Below, in pieces: positions 52,177 to 62,248 of a stretch of DNA of 64,000 nucleotides. The translations under genes and the position numbers were made by a program. Location of the stretch: positions 4,696 through 68,695 of the forward strand of contig SCRJ01000117.1 in NCBI GenBank assembly GCA_004298115.1, in the 5' to 3' direction. The notes below the pieces were generated by a model. The model made no database searches and was not told where the DNA came from. It worked only from the letters and a program-made list of their open reading frames with translations. Source of the stretch: Acidobacteriota bacterium. Lineage in GTDB: Bacteria > Acidobacteriota > Thermoanaerobaculia > Thermoanaerobaculales > Thermoanaerobaculaceae. Position 1 is the stretch's first letter. Every line of letters begins with the position of its first letter.

Positions 52177-52469
52177 CGGGCGGTCCTTCCTCCCTCGGGG
52201 CGCGGCTCGCCCCCGTCCGCCGCCGCGGCGACGGCGCGTTCGACGAGAGCGACGAGATCGGCGACGGTGACCACGGCGGCGGCGTCCCCCTCGGCGAGCG
52301 CGACCCGGAAGCGGTCCTCGAGCCCGACGGCGAGGACGAGGGCGCCCATCGAGTCGAGCTCGAGGTCCGTCGCCAGGACGTGGTGCGGCTCGACCGGACC
52401 GGTGAACTCGAGCTCGTCGGCGAAGATGCGGCGGATCTCGCCGAGGATGCGGTCGCGGGCGTCAGGCAC
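52173..52469 (-). CDS. acyl carrier protein
   Basis: 98 aa with LELDSMGALVLAV (DSx phosphopantetheine attachment motif). GTG start overlaps the upstream stop. Confidence 0.8.
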   Translation of the reverse strand: MPDARDRILGEIRRIFADELEFTGPVEPHHVLATDLELDSMGALVLAVGLEDRFRVALAEGDAAAVVTVADLVALVERAVAAAADGGEPRPEGGRTAR

Positions 52470-53034
52470 CGCGCACCCCCGCCGTCCTCCTCCGCCGCCC
52501 GGCGAAGACGCGAGCGTAGGCGGGGCCGAGCGCGCGCTCCTCGGCGGGGATGCGGACGGCGAGCAGCGCCGCGTTCGCGATCAGGAAGACGGCCGCCGTC
52601 AGCCACGCCCCGTGGACCACCGGCACGGCGGCGGCCTCGAGCATCACCGCGAGGTAGTTGGGGTGGCGCATGAAGCGGTAGGGGCCGGCCGTCACCGGCT
52701 CGGCGCCGGGGACGAGGACGATACGGGTGTTCCAGCGGCGGCCCAGCGTCGCGACCGCCCACCAGCGCAACCCCTGGGCGGCGAGCGCGACCGCCAGCGC
52801 GGCGAACCCGACGGCGCCGGGGAAGGCGCGGTGCAAGCCGAGGACCTCGGCGGCGCACGCGAGCGGGAAGAGGGCGTGCACCGCGACCATGGTGGGGTAG
52901 TGGCGGCGGCCGCTCTCGACGCCGCCGGCGGCGAGGGCGAGGCGGACGTTGCGGCGCGAGACGAGCAGCTCGGCCCCGCGCTCGAGGTAGAGCAGCGCGA
53001 GGAAGCCGAGGTACAGCGCCGTCGAGGTCACCAT
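52462..53034 (-). CDS. isoprenylcysteine carboxyl methyltransferase (ICMT) family membrane methyltransferase
   Basis: ATG 53034 overlaps the PKS stop by 7 nt. Polytopic. GPYRFMRHPNYLAVMLE...IPAEERAL is the ICMT/PEMT-type signature. Confidence 0.75.
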   Translation of the reverse strand: MVTSTALYLGFLALLYLERGAELLVSRRNVRLALAAGGVESGRRHYPTMVAVHALFPLACAAEVLGLHRAFPGAVGFAALAVALAAQGLRWWAVATLGRRWNTRIVLVPGAEPVTAGPYRFMRHPNYLAVMLEAAAVPVVHGAWLTAAVFLIANAALLAVRIPAEERALGPAYARVFAGRRRRTAGVRGA

Positions 53035-54149
53035 CGCAGCAGCACCAACTCGGCGCCGAACCCCGGCCCCATCGCCAGCAACAGGCCGTTGTCGCCGGCC
53101 TCTCCTTCGCCGGAGTCGAGCAGCTCGCCGAGGACGAACAGCACCGAGGCCGAGGAGAGGTTGCCGGTCTGGCGCAGCGACGTCCACGAGCGGGCGAGCG
53201 CGCCCTCCGGCAGCTCGAGCGCGCTCTCGAACGCCTCGAGCACCCTGGGGCCGCCGGTGTGGGCGATCCAGTGGCGGATGTCGGCGCGCGCGAGGCCGTG
53301 CCCGGCGAGGAACCCGTCGACATCCGCCCGCACGTGGGTGCGCACGACCTCGGGCACCTTGGCGGAGAGCACGACCTTGAACCCCGACTCGACGATGTCC
53401 CACCCCATCACCCGTTCGGTGTCCGGATAGAACACGGAGCCGGTCGCGACCACGGCGGGGGCGAGAGAACCGTCCGCGGCGTCCCGGGCGCCGCCGGCCA
53501 GCACCACGGCCGCCGCGCCGTCGCCGAACAGCCCCGACGAGATGATGTTGGGGATCGAAACGTCTTCGCGCTGGAGCGTGAGCGAGCACAGCTCCACCGC
53601 GAGCACCACCGCAACTTGCTCGGGCCACGCTCGGAGGTAGTCGGCGGCGCGCGCGACCCCGGCGGCGCCGCCGGCGCAGCCGAGGCCGAACAGCGGGGAG
53701 CGCCGCACCCCGGGCGCCAGGCCGAGCCGGTTGACGAGCCTGGCGTCGATGCTCGGCGTCGCGATCCCCGTCGTGCTGACGAAGAAGAGGTGGCCGACGT
53801 CGGCGGGCGCGAGGCCGGCCCTGCGGAGCGCCTCGCGGACGGCCGTCTCGCCGAGGTTCACGGCGGCCGCCGTCCACGCGTCGTTGCGCTGTGCGAACGA
53901 CCTGAGGTCGCGGTACGCCGCGAGCGGCAGCGCCAGGTGGCGGCCGGAGACCTGCACCGCGCGGTGCAGCTCCTCCAGGCGCTCGACGTTGAAGTGCGCC
54001 CCGGCCCAGGCGTCGCGAAAGGCGGCGATCAGCGTCTCCTGGTCGGCGTAATGCTCCGGCAGCGCCCGGCCGACGGCGCGGATGCGGGGGTGGGGCGGGG
54101 CGGAGTCGACCGCCGTGCCGCGGGCCGGCTCTCTGGCTTTCCCTTGCAC
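53028..54149 (-). CDS. type III polyketide synthase
   Basis: Catalytic triad contexts GLGCAGGAAG (Cys), WIAHTGGPRVL (His) and GNLSSASVLFVL (Asn). Start provisionally GTG 54149; the longer ORF upstream overlaps the TPR gene and is rejected. Confidence 0.85.
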   Translation of the reverse strand: MQGKAREPARGTAVDSAPPHPRIRAVGRALPEHYADQETLIAAFRDAWAGAHFNVERLEELHRAVQVSGRHLALPLAAYRDLRSFAQRNDAWTAAAVNLGETAVREALRRAGLAPADVGHLFFVSTTGIATPSIDARLVNRLGLAPGVRRSPLFGLGCAGGAAGVARAADYLRAWPEQVAVVLAVELCSLTLQREDVSIPNIISSGLFGDGAAAVVLAGGARDAADGSLAPAVVATGSVFYPDTERVMGWDIVESGFKVVLSAKVPEVVRTHVRADVDGFLAGHGLARADIRHWIAHTGGPRVLEAFESALELPEGALARSWTSLRQTGNLSSASVLFVLGELLDSGEGEAGDNGLLLAMGPGFGAELVLLRW

Positions 54150-54189
54150 GGATGAAACCTTAGCATCCCCCCGGGGTCCCCCGGCCGGA

Positions 54190-54972
54190 CTACCGGAGGT
54201 GGGCGCGCACCAGGGCAAGCTCCTTCCGCGCGACCGCCCGGTAGTGGTCGTCGGTGACCCAGCCGGTCGGCAGCGCCAGCGCGCGGTCGAACTGGGCCTT
54301 GGCGTCGGCCCAGCGGCCGGCCGCCTCCAGCGTGATCCCGAGCTCGACGCGGTGCGCGATGACCTCGGGGCGAAGCTCGACCGCGCGGGTGAGATCGGCG
54401 GTCGCGGCCGCGAGCGACGCCGGCGGGAGCTTGCCGTACAGCAGCCGGGCGAACCCCCGCAGGACCCAGCCGAGCCCGGCCACCTCGCGGTTCCAGACCC
54501 CGAGGACGTGCAGGGCGAGGTCGTCGTCCGGGTCGAGCTGGAGCGCGCGCTCGGCCTCGGCCCGGACCTCCTTGCCGAGCTCGACCTTGCGCTTGCCCCC
54601 CTCGAACAGCGCCAGCTTGCCGAGGGAGACGGCGAGCATGTCGTGGCCCATCGGGTCGGAGGGCCGCAGCCGGACCGCCTCGCGCGCGAGCGCCTCCGCC
54701 TCGACGCAGAGCCGCTTCTGCTCGTCCGGGTCGTGCGCGAGGGTGGCCTCGTCGGCGAGGGCGCGGGCCAGCTTCCACGCGGCCTCGTAGTTCTCCGGTG
54801 CGGCGGCGTGGGCGGCGCGGTACGCGGCCAGCGTGGCCGGGAGGTCGAACCTGGCCGCGGCGGCATCGCCCGCCGCCAGCGCCCCGGCGACGGTGCCCGC
54901 GGCCGCCGCGCCGCCCGCCCGCGCGGCGACGAGCAGGACGACGGCGGCGGCGATGACGGCAGCGCGCGGCAT
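54190..54972 (-). CDS. secreted TPR-like protein resembling the eukaryotic RMD/RMDN (PTPIP51) family
   Basis: ATG 54972 with signal-like MPRAAVIAAAVVLLVAARAGG. LHVLGVWNREVAGLGWVLRGFARLLYGKLPPASLAAATADLTRAVELRP aligns by eye with the RMDN motif IHLMGIWCYTFAEMPWYQRRIAKMLFATPPSSTYEKALGYFHRAEQVDP. Confidence 0.55.
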   Translation of the reverse strand: MPRAAVIAAAVVLLVAARAGGAAAAGTVAGALAAGDAAAARFDLPATLAAYRAAHAAAPENYEAAWKLARALADEATLAHDPDEQKRLCVEAEALAREAVRLRPSDPMGHDMLAVSLGKLALFEGGKRKVELGKEVRAEAERALQLDPDDDLALHVLGVWNREVAGLGWVLRGFARLLYGKLPPASLAAATADLTRAVELRPEVIAHRVELGITLEAAGRWADAKAQFDRALALPTGWVTDDHYRAVARKELALVRAHLR

Positions 54973-55081
54973 CGCGTGCCCTCCTGCGCACCAGTGTACG
55001 GCGCGCCGGGCCGCACCCGGCCCTCGTGCGTCTCGCGATCCGGGGCTACAATGTGCCAGCAGGTTCCTCAAGGAGGCACAG

Positions 55082-55447
55082 ATGGCACGCTGGCGCGAGA
55101 ACGGGGGCAGCAACATCGGGTGCATTCTCAGCTTCGTGCTCCTGCTGTTCGTCGTCTTCGTCGGGATCAGAGTGGTCCCGACGCGCATCGCCGTTGCGGA
55201 GCTGCAGGATTTTTGCGAGCAGCAGGCGGAGCGGGCCTCGCTGCCGGGCTACGACAACGACAACATCGCCGCGTCGATCCTCCAGAAGGCCAGGGAGAAG
55301 AACCTGCCGGTCAAGAAGGAGGACATCAAGGTAACGCGCGACGCCGGTCGCGTGGACATCGTCGTCAAGTACCACGTGATGTTCGATCTCGGCGTGTACA
55401 AGTACGACTGGCCGGTCGAGCACAACGTCGAACGCATTCTGTTCTAG
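55082..55447 (+). CDS. small single-TM protein (DUF4845-like architecture)
   Basis: ATG 55082 after AGGAGG. 121 aa with an N-terminal TM helix (IGCILSFVLLLFVVFVGI) then a soluble domain. GC content is lower than its surroundings. Confidence 0.55.
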   Translation: MARWRENGGSNIGCILSFVLLLFVVFVGIRVVPTRIAVAELQDFCEQQAERASLPGYDNDNIAASILQKAREKNLPVKKEDIKVTRDAGRVDIVVKYHVMFDLGVYKYDWPVEHNVERILF

Positions 55448-55531
55448 GATCGGCGGGGCCGGACGGCCCCACGTGCCGGCCCCTCAGGACGAGGCGCAGC
55501 GAAGGGGTCGTGGGCGCGAGGAGGAACTCGC

Positions 55532-57052
55532 ATGAGGCGACAGCTGTTCGCGACGAAACCGCTGGCGATGCTGCTCGAGGAGATGAAGGGCGAAAACCGG
55601 CTGCGGCGAATCCTCGGGCCGGTTCAGCTCACGAGCCTGGGCGTGGGCGCGATCATCGGCACCGGCATCTTCGTGCTCACGGGGAAGGCGGCGCACGACA
55701 ACGCCGGCCCGGCGCTCATCCTCTCGTTCGTGGTCTCCGGGATCGCGTGCGTCTTCGCCGCGCTGTGCTACGCGGAGTTCGCGTCGATGGTGCCGGTGGC
55801 CGGCTCGGCGTACACCTACGCCTACGCGACGATGGGCGAGCTGTTCGCCTGGATCATCGGCTGGGACCTGGTGCTCGAGTACACCGTGGTCTCCGCGACG
55901 GTCGCGCACGGCTGGTCGGCGTACTTCCAGGACTTCATAGGCATCTTCGGCTTCCACGTGCCGCACGCCCTGACTCGAGCACCGTTCGATTACGACCCCG
56001 GGCTCGGGCGGATCATCTCCACCGGCACGACGCTCGACCTGCCGGCGATCATCATCACGATCGTGATCTCGGCGATCCTGATCAAGGGGATCCGCGAGAG
56101 CGCCTCGTTCAACGCCGGGATGGTTGGGCTCAAGCTCGTCATCGTCTTCTTCGTCATCGTCGTCGGCGCGTTCTACGTCAACCCCGCCAACTGGCACCCG
56201 TTCGCCCCGTTCGGCCTCACCGGGCTTTCGTTCTTCGGCAAGACCGTGCTCGGGCAGTCGGACGCCGGCGGCCAGCCGCTCGGCATGCTCGCCGGTGCCG
56301 CGATCATCTTCTTCGCCTACATCGGCTTCGACTCGGTCTCGACGCACGCCGAGGAGGCCAAGCACCCGCACCGCGACGTGCCGATCGGCATCATCTCGTC
56401 GCTGGTGATCTGCACCGTGCTGTACATCGCCGTGTCTGCCGTGCTCACCGGGATGGTCCGCTACGACCACATCGACATCAACGCCCCGGTCTCCGACGCG
56501 TTCCGGCAGGTCGGCCTCCCCTGGGCGCAGGGGATCGTGTCGCTCGGTGCGCTCACCGGCATCACCTCGGTGCTCCTGGTGATGATGCTGTCGCAGCCGC
56601 GCGTCCTCCTCGCGATCGCCCGCGACGGCCTGCTGCCGGCGAGCATCTTCGGCGCCGTCCACCCGAAGTTCCGCACGCCGTGGAAGTCGACGATCCTGAC
56701 CGGCATCGTCGTCGCCATCCTCGGCGCGTTCCTGCCGCTGCGCATCCTCGCCGAGCTCACCAACATCGGCACCCTGCTGGCCTTCGTCATGGTGTGCATC
56801 TCGGTGCTCATCATGCGCTTCACGAACCCCGCCGCGGAGCGGCCGTTTCGCGCCCCGTTCGGCCTCGCCGTGCCGATCCTGGGGGTCGTGCTCTGCCTGC
56901 TCCTGATGTTCTCGCTGCCGGGGCAGAACTGGTTGCGCCTGTTCGCCTGGCTGCTCGTCGGCTTCGTCATCTACTTCGGCTACGGCCGGCACCACAGCGC
57001 GCTGGCGAAGGTGAACGCCGCGGAAGACGCCAACCGCGCCGCCGCACGCTGA
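55532..57052 (+). CDS. APC-superfamily amino acid permease (CAT/YfnA-like), copy 1
   Basis: About 12-14 TM segments. Motifs [40 protein letters not shown] and [16 protein letters not shown]. Confidence 0.85.
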   Translation: MRRQLFATKPLAMLLEEMKGENRLRRILGPVQLTSLGVGAIIGTGIFVLTGKAAHDNAGPALILSFVVSGIACVFAALCYAEFASMVPVAGSAYTYAYATMGELFAWIIGWDLVLEYTVVSATVAHGWSAYFQDFIGIFGFHVPHALTRAPFDYDPGLGRIISTGTTLDLPAIIITIVISAILIKGIRESASFNAGMVGLKLVIVFFVIVVGAFYVNPANWHPFAPFGLTGLSFFGKTVLGQSDAGGQPLGMLAGAAIIFFAYIGFDSVSTHAEEAKHPHRDVPIGIISSLVICTVLYIAVSAVLTGMVRYDHIDINAPVSDAFRQVGLPWAQGIVSLGALTGITSVLLVMMLSQPRVLLAIARDGLLPASIFGAVHPKFRTPWKSTILTGIVVAILGAFLPLRILAELTNIGTLLAFVMVCISVLIMRFTNPAAERPFRAPFGLAVPILGVVLCLLLMFSLPGQNWLRLFAWLLVGFVIYFGYGRHHSALAKVNAAEDANRAAAR

Positions 57053-57087
57053 TACCACCGTACCGTCCGTCGTCGAGGGACGTCCGA

Positions 57088-57470
57088 GTCCCGCCGCAGG
57101 TGGGACGAAGTAGTCCCATCCCCCCCGTTGTCACTGCGAGGAGCGGAGCGACGAAGCAGTCTCGTGGAATTCGGCGAGATCGCCGCCGCCACGCGGGCGC
57201 CGTACGCCCGCTCGCGGCAGGCTCTGTTCCGCCGTTGGCGGGGCGACGTAGTCTCATCCCGCCACCTGTCATTGCGAGCCCCGCCCCAGGCGGGGCGAAG
57301 CAATCTCGAGGCCCCGGCGAGGACGGCGGGTTACACGGTGGGGGACGAGATTGCTTCCTCGGCCCTCGCTGCGCTCGGTCCTCGTCGCAATGACCGCGGT
57401 TCGGGGACGACTCGGGGCAGGCGTCGTCCCGCCGTTGGCGGGACTCCTCGCGATGACAGCAGGTGGCGGC
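57088..57470. repeat. cluster of nested palindromic repeats (GTCATTGCGAG...CGAAGCAATCTCG family), at least 4 units in both orientations
   Basis: Forward units at 57088-57164 and 57227-57308. Inverted units at 57346-57445 and 57447-57469. Internal hairpins gccccgcc-cca-ggcggggc and gtcccgcc-gtt-ggcgggac. Confidence 0.85.
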
Positions 57471-57594
57471 GAGATCGCCGCGTCGTCCCGTCCTGCCGGG
57501 GTCCGGCGGGGCTTTCACCGGGCGCGCGCTCCGCTCACCGGGCCGGTATGATGGGCGCGCGCCGGCCGGACCGGACCGGCCACGGGGGACCTCG

Positions 57595-60500
57595 ATGCCG
57601 CGCCGCACGCTCTGCACCCTCCTGCTGTTCGCCTCCGGGGCGGTCTGCTCTGCGGCCGACCCGTCGTTGTTCGGAGGCCTGCACTGGCGGATGATCGGCC
57701 CGTTCCGCGGCGGCCGCGTCCTCGCGGTCAGCGGCGTGCCCGGCCAGCCCGACCGCTTCTACTTCGGCGCCGTCAGCGGCGGCGTCTGGGAGACCCGCGA
57801 CGCCGGACGGACGTGGCGGCCGATCTTCGACGGTCAGCCGGTGAACGCGATCGGCGCCCTGGCCGTGGCCGCGTCCGATCCGGCCGTGCTCTACGTCGGA
57901 ACCGGGGAAGCCGACATGCGGTCGGACATCACCCAGGGCGACGGCGTGTACCGCTCCTCCGACGGCGGGCGGACCTGGGCCCACGTCGGCCTCGACGACT
58001 CGCAGCAGATCGGCCGCATCCTCGTCGATCCGCGCGATGCGAACCGCGTCTTCGTCGCCGCCCTCGGCCACCCCTACGGGCCCAACCCGGAGCGCGGCGT
58101 GTTCCGCACCACCGACGGCGGCCGGACGTGGGCGAAGGTGCTCGGCCCCGACGGCGCCACCGGCGCGGTCGACCTGGCGTTTGAGCCCGGGCGTCCGGAC
58201 ACGCTCTACGCCGCGCTCTGGCAGGCGCGGCGCACGCCGTGGAGCGTGTACCCGCCCCTCGAGGGCCCCGGGTCGGGCCTCTGGAAGTCCGTTGACGGCG
58301 GCGACCACTGGACCCGGATCGAGGGGGGAGGCTTTCCCGCGCGGACCGGCCGGATCGGCCTCGCCGTGGCCCGCAGCCGCCCGAGCCGCGTCTACGCCCT
58401 GGTGGACAGCCCCGAGGGCGGGCTCTACCGCTCCGACGACGCCGGCGCCACCTGGACGCGGACCAGCAACGACAGCCGCATCTGGAGCCGGGGGTGGTAC
58501 TTCGGCAGCGTCACCGTGGACCCGGCGAACGCGGACCGGGTGTTCGTCCCCAACACGATCCTGCTGCGCTCCGACGACGGCGGCCGGCACTTCGTCGCCG
58601 CCAGCGGCGACCTCACCGGCGACGACTTCCACGAGCTGTGGATCGACCCGACCGACCCCGAGCGGCAGATCGTGGGCTCGGACCAGGGCGCCCAGGTCAC
58701 GGTGAACGGCGGGCGGACCTGGAGCTCCCGCATGAACCAGCCCACCGCCCAGATCTACCACGTCGCGACGGACCGCGGTTTCCCCTACCGCGTCTACGGC
58801 GCGCAGCAGGACTCGGGCGCCGTGAGCCTGCCGGCGTTCACCCCGTACGCCGCCGTCATCGGTCCCGGGGAGGTGCGGGGGGTCACGGCCGGCGGCGAGT
58901 CCGGCATGATCGCGCCCGACCCCGACGACCCGGCGGTCGTCTTCGGCGGCGCCGTGGACCGGCTCGACCTGCGCACCCAGCAGACGCGGTCGGTGGACCC
59001 GACGCTGGCGGCGCCCGGCCTCTACCGGCGCGCGTGGACGCTGCCGCTGGCGTTCTCGCGGCGCCCCCCCAAGACCCTCTACTTCGCCAACCAGGTGCTG
59101 TTCGCCACCACCGACGGGGGCGACCACTGGAGCGCGATCAGCCCGGACCTCACCCGCGAGCGCCCCGGCTCGCCCCCCAGCTTGCAGGCCGCCGAAATGA
59201 CCTCGGACGCCGGCGCGGCGCCGCGGCGGGGCGTGATCTACGCCGTCGCCCCGTCGCCGCTCGACGGCCGCCTGCTCTGGGTGGGCACCGACGACGGCCT
59301 CGTCTGGCGCAGCGCCGACGCCGGCGCGCACTGGACCGACGTCACGCCCGCGGCGCTCACCCCCTGGTCCAAGGTCGCCGGGATCGAGGCGTCGCACTTC
59401 GACGCCGCGACCGCCTACGTCGCCGTGGACCGCCACCGCCTCGAGGACCGCCGGCCCTACCTCTACCGCACCCGCGACGGCGGCCGCAGCTGGCAGCCGG
59501 TCGCGGCCGGCATCCGCGACGGCGACTTCGTCAACGCGGTGCGCGAGGACCCCAAGCGGCGGGGTCTGCTGTTCGCCGCCACCGAACTCGGCGTCTGGGT
59601 CTCGTTCGACGACGGCGACGTCTGGCAGCCGCTACAGCTCGACCTGCCGCGCGTCTCCGTGCGCGACCTCGAGGTCCACGGGGACGACCTGGTCATCGCC
59701 ACCCACGGGCGCGGCTTCTGGATCCTGGACGGGATCGGCCCGCTGCGCCAGATCGGGAGCGGGGACCGGCTCGGCGAGACGCGGCTGTTCCAACCCTCCC
59801 GGGCGATCCGGCTGCACCCGGCCACCTTCACCGGCACGCCGCTGCCCAAGGACGAGCCCACCGCCCCGAACCCGCCGTTCGGGGCGTGGATCGACTACGT
59901 GCTCGCCGCCGCGCCCCGCGGGCCGATCACCCTGGAGATCCGGGACGCCGCCGGCGAGTTGGTGCGCCGCTACTCGAGCGCCGACCTGCCCCCGGCGGTG
60001 GACGCCGCGACCTCCCGCGCCGCCCCGGAGTGGGTGCCGCGGCCCAGCGTCCTCGCCGCGACGCCCGGCATGCACCGCTTCGTCTGGCCGCTGCGCCGCG
60101 CGCTGCCGCCCGAGCTCGCGCACGGGAACGCCTACGCGGACGGCCGCTGGGTCCCGCCCGGCCGGTACGGCGTCGAGCTCGACGTGGACGGGCAGGCGTT
60201 CCGGCAGCCGCTCGAGGTCGACCCCGACCCGCGGGTCGTCCTCCCCGCCGCCGCCTACGCCCGCCAGGCCGCCCTCGCCGCCAAGGTCGAGGACGCCCAG
60301 GTCCGCCTGGCCCGCGCCCAGGCGCAGGCGCAGGACGTCCACAAGGCCCTGCTCGCTCTGCGCGGCGACGCGCGGTTGCAGGAGGCCCGCCTCCTCGACG
60401 AGCAGGTCGTGGCGCTGGCCGAGATCACGGCCACCGCGAACCCGGCCAACACTTGGGCGGTCCCGGTGACGAGCGTCGAGAGCTTCCGCTTCCTGGAGGT

Positions 60501-60696
60501 GGCGCTGCGGGAGCTCCTGCAGGCCGTGGACGGCGCCGACGCCGACCCGTCGCCCGATGCGGTCGCGGGGTCGGCCCGGCTCGACGCCCTCCTGTCGGCG
60601 TCGCTCGCCGACTGGGAGGAACTGAGAACACGCGGACTGGCGCTGGAGGCCCGTGCCCACCCCGGGGCAGTTGCGCCGGGGACCGTTCGCCGGTAG
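57595..60696 (+). CDS. secreted BNR/Asp-box repeat protein (sortilin/VPS10- or GH74-like double beta-propeller)
   Basis: ATG 57595 with signal peptide. About 11 Asp-boxes (S/T-x-D-x-G-x-T/H-W: [64 protein letters not shown]...). Confidence 0.8.
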   Translation: MPRRTLCTLLLFASGAVCSAADPSLFGGLHWRMIGPFRGGRVLAVSGVPGQPDRFYFGAVSGGVWETRDAGRTWRPIFDGQPVNAIGALAVAASDPAVLYVGTGEADMRSDITQGDGVYRSSDGGRTWAHVGLDDSQQIGRILVDPRDANRVFVAALGHPYGPNPERGVFRTTDGGRTWAKVLGPDGATGAVDLAFEPGRPDTLYAALWQARRTPWSVYPPLEGPGSGLWKSVDGGDHWTRIEGGGFPARTGRIGLAVARSRPSRVYALVDSPEGGLYRSDDAGATWTRTSNDSRIWSRGWYFGSVTVDPANADRVFVPNTILLRSDDGGRHFVAASGDLTGDDFHELWIDPTDPERQIVGSDQGAQVTVNGGRTWSSRMNQPTAQIYHVATDRGFPYRVYGAQQDSGAVSLPAFTPYAAVIGPGEVRGVTAGGESGMIAPDPDDPAVVFGGAVDRLDLRTQQTRSVDPTLAAPGLYRRAWTLPLAFSRRPPKTLYFANQVLFATTDGGDHWSAISPDLTRERPGSPPSLQAAEMTSDAGAAPRRGVIYAVAPSPLDGRLLWVGTDDGLVWRSADAGAHWTDVTPAALTPWSKVAGIEASHFDAATAYVAVDRHRLEDRRPYLYRTRDGGRSWQPVAAGIRDGDFVNAVREDPKRRGLLFAATELGVWVSFDDGDVWQPLQLDLPRVSVRDLEVHGDDLVIATHGRGFWILDGIGPLRQIGSGDRLGETRLFQPSRAIRLHPATFTGTPLPKDEPTAPNPPFGAWIDYVLAAAPRGPITLEIRDAAGELVRRYSSADLPPAVDAATSRAAPEWVPRPSVLAATPGMHRFVWPLRRALPPELAHGNAYADGRWVPPGRYGVELDVDGQAFRQPLEVDPDPRVVLPAAAYARQAALAAKVEDAQVRLARAQAQAQDVHKALLALRGDARLQEARLLDEQVVALAEITATANPANTWAVPVTSVESFRFLEVALRELLQAVDGADADPSPDAVAGSARLDALLSASLADWEELRTRGLALEARAHPGAVAPGTVRR

Positions 60697-60706
60697 CCTC
60701 CCGCAA

Positions 60707-62176
60707 ATGAACGGCACGCTGCGCAGGCTTCTCCAGACCAAGCCGCTCGCGATGCTGCTGCAGGAGTCGGCGGCCAGCCGGCTGAAGCGCGCGCTCGGGG
60801 TGTGGGACCTCATCGGCCTCGGCATCGGCGCGATCATCGGCGCCGGCATCTTCGCCACCGTCGGCACCGCCGCCGCGGGCGACCCGTCGCGGCCCGGCGC
60901 CGGTCCCGGCCTGATCCTCTCGTTCGTGCTCACCGCCGCGGTCTGCGGCCTGGCGGCGCTGTGCTACGCCGAGCTCGCGGCGCTGGTGCCGATCGCCGGC
61001 TCCGCCTACACGTACGCCTACGCCACCCTGGGCGAGCTGCTCGCGTGGATCATCGGCTGGGACCTGATCATCGAGTACGCGGTCGGCAACGTCGCGGTGG
61101 CGATCTCGTGGTCGGGGTACTTCTGCGAGATGCTGCGCGGGGTGGGGATCATCGTCCCGCCTTGGCTGGCCACCGACCTGCGCACCGGCCTGGCGACCCC
61201 GTCGATCGTGGCGGCGGCGCCGCACATCGGCGGCGTGCCGATCATGATGAACCTCCCCGCGGCCGCGATCGTGCTGCTGATCACCTGGGTGCTGGTCATC
61301 GGCGTGAAGGAGTCGGCGCGCCTGAACGCGGTCATGGTGATCATGAAGCTCGTCGTCCTCGCCTTCTTCATCGTGGTCGGAGTCAACTACGTGCAGCCGG
61401 CGAACTGGCACCCGTTCCTGCCCAACGGCTGGCACGGCGTCTGGGCCGGGGCGGCGATCGTGTTCTTCGCCTACATCGGGTTCGACGCGGTCTCGACCGC
61501 GGCCGAGGAGACGAAGAACCCCGGCCGCGACCTGCCGCGCGGCATCATCGGGTCGCTGATCATCTCGACCGTGGTCTACATCGCCGTCGCGGCGATCGTC
61601 ACCGGCATGGTGCCGTGGTTCGAGCTGCACACCGCCGAGCCGCTCACCGTCGCGCTCAACCGCTACAGCCTCGGCTGGGCCGCGGGGATCGTCGCGGTCG
61701 GCTCCGTCGCCGCCCACACCGCGGTGCTGCTCGTCTTCCAGCTCGGCCAGCCGCGCATCTTCTACTCGATGGCGCGCGACGGCCTGCTGCCGCAGGCGTT
61801 CGCCAAGGTGCACCCGAAGTACCGCACGCCATACGTCACGACGATCCTCTCGGGCGTGCTGGTGGCGGCGTTCGCCAGCTTCGCCAACATCGAGGAGATG
61901 GTGGACCTCACCAACATCGGCACGCTGTTCGCCTTCGCGATCGTCTCCGCCGGTGTGATCGTGCTGCGCCGCACCCACCCCGAGGCGAAGCGGCCGTTCC
62001 GGGTGCCGCTGGTGCCGTGGCTGCCGATCGTCGCGGTCGGCGCCTGCCTCTTCCTCGCCGCCGGGCTGCCGTTCATCACCTGGATGCGGTTCGCGATCTG
62101 GCTCGTCGCCGGGATGGTGATCTACGCCTTCTACGGCTACAAGCGCTCGGAACTGAGCCGCAACCCCGGCGCGTAA
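60707..62176 (+). CDS. APC-superfamily amino acid permease (CAT/YfnA-like), copy 2
   Basis: ATG 60707, after the BNR stop at 60696. Roughly 50% identical by eye to copy 1 ([40 protein letters not shown]). Confidence 0.85.
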   Translation: MNGTLRRLLQTKPLAMLLQESAASRLKRALGVWDLIGLGIGAIIGAGIFATVGTAAAGDPSRPGAGPGLILSFVLTAAVCGLAALCYAELAALVPIAGSAYTYAYATLGELLAWIIGWDLIIEYAVGNVAVAISWSGYFCEMLRGVGIIVPPWLATDLRTGLATPSIVAAAPHIGGVPIMMNLPAAAIVLLITWVLVIGVKESARLNAVMVIMKLVVLAFFIVVGVNYVQPANWHPFLPNGWHGVWAGAAIVFFAYIGFDAVSTAAEETKNPGRDLPRGIIGSLIISTVVYIAVAAIVTGMVPWFELHTAEPLTVALNRYSLGWAAGIVAVGSVAAHTAVLLVFQLGQPRIFYSMARDGLLPQAFAKVHPKYRTPYVTTILSGVLVAAFASFANIEEMVDLTNIGTLFAFAIVSAGVIVLRRTHPEAKRPFRVPLVPWLPIVAVGACLFLAAGLPFITWMRFAIWLVAGMVIYAFYGYKRSELSRNPGA

Positions 62177-62248
62177 GGACCTCGCCCATCCGCGGGCGGG
62201 AGTGCGGAGCCGAGGCTGACAGACACCATGAGGAGGACGTCCGGAGGC

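Noticed and set aside
57088-57470. Possibility that the repeat clusters at 57 kb and 62 kb are CRISPR arrays
   Set aside because: The units occur in both orientations and have irregular spacing. No constant-length spacers are present and there are no cas genes in the window. The architecture is nested inverted repeats, not direct repeat-spacer.
57128-57694. 188-aa ORF (and 56967..57617, 57351..57551, 62288..62470) inside the palindromic repeat clusters
   Set aside because: The peptides (SLRGAERRSSL..., EIASSALAAL...RNDR) are by-products of translating the repeat in either orientation. There is no RBS and no coherent protein.
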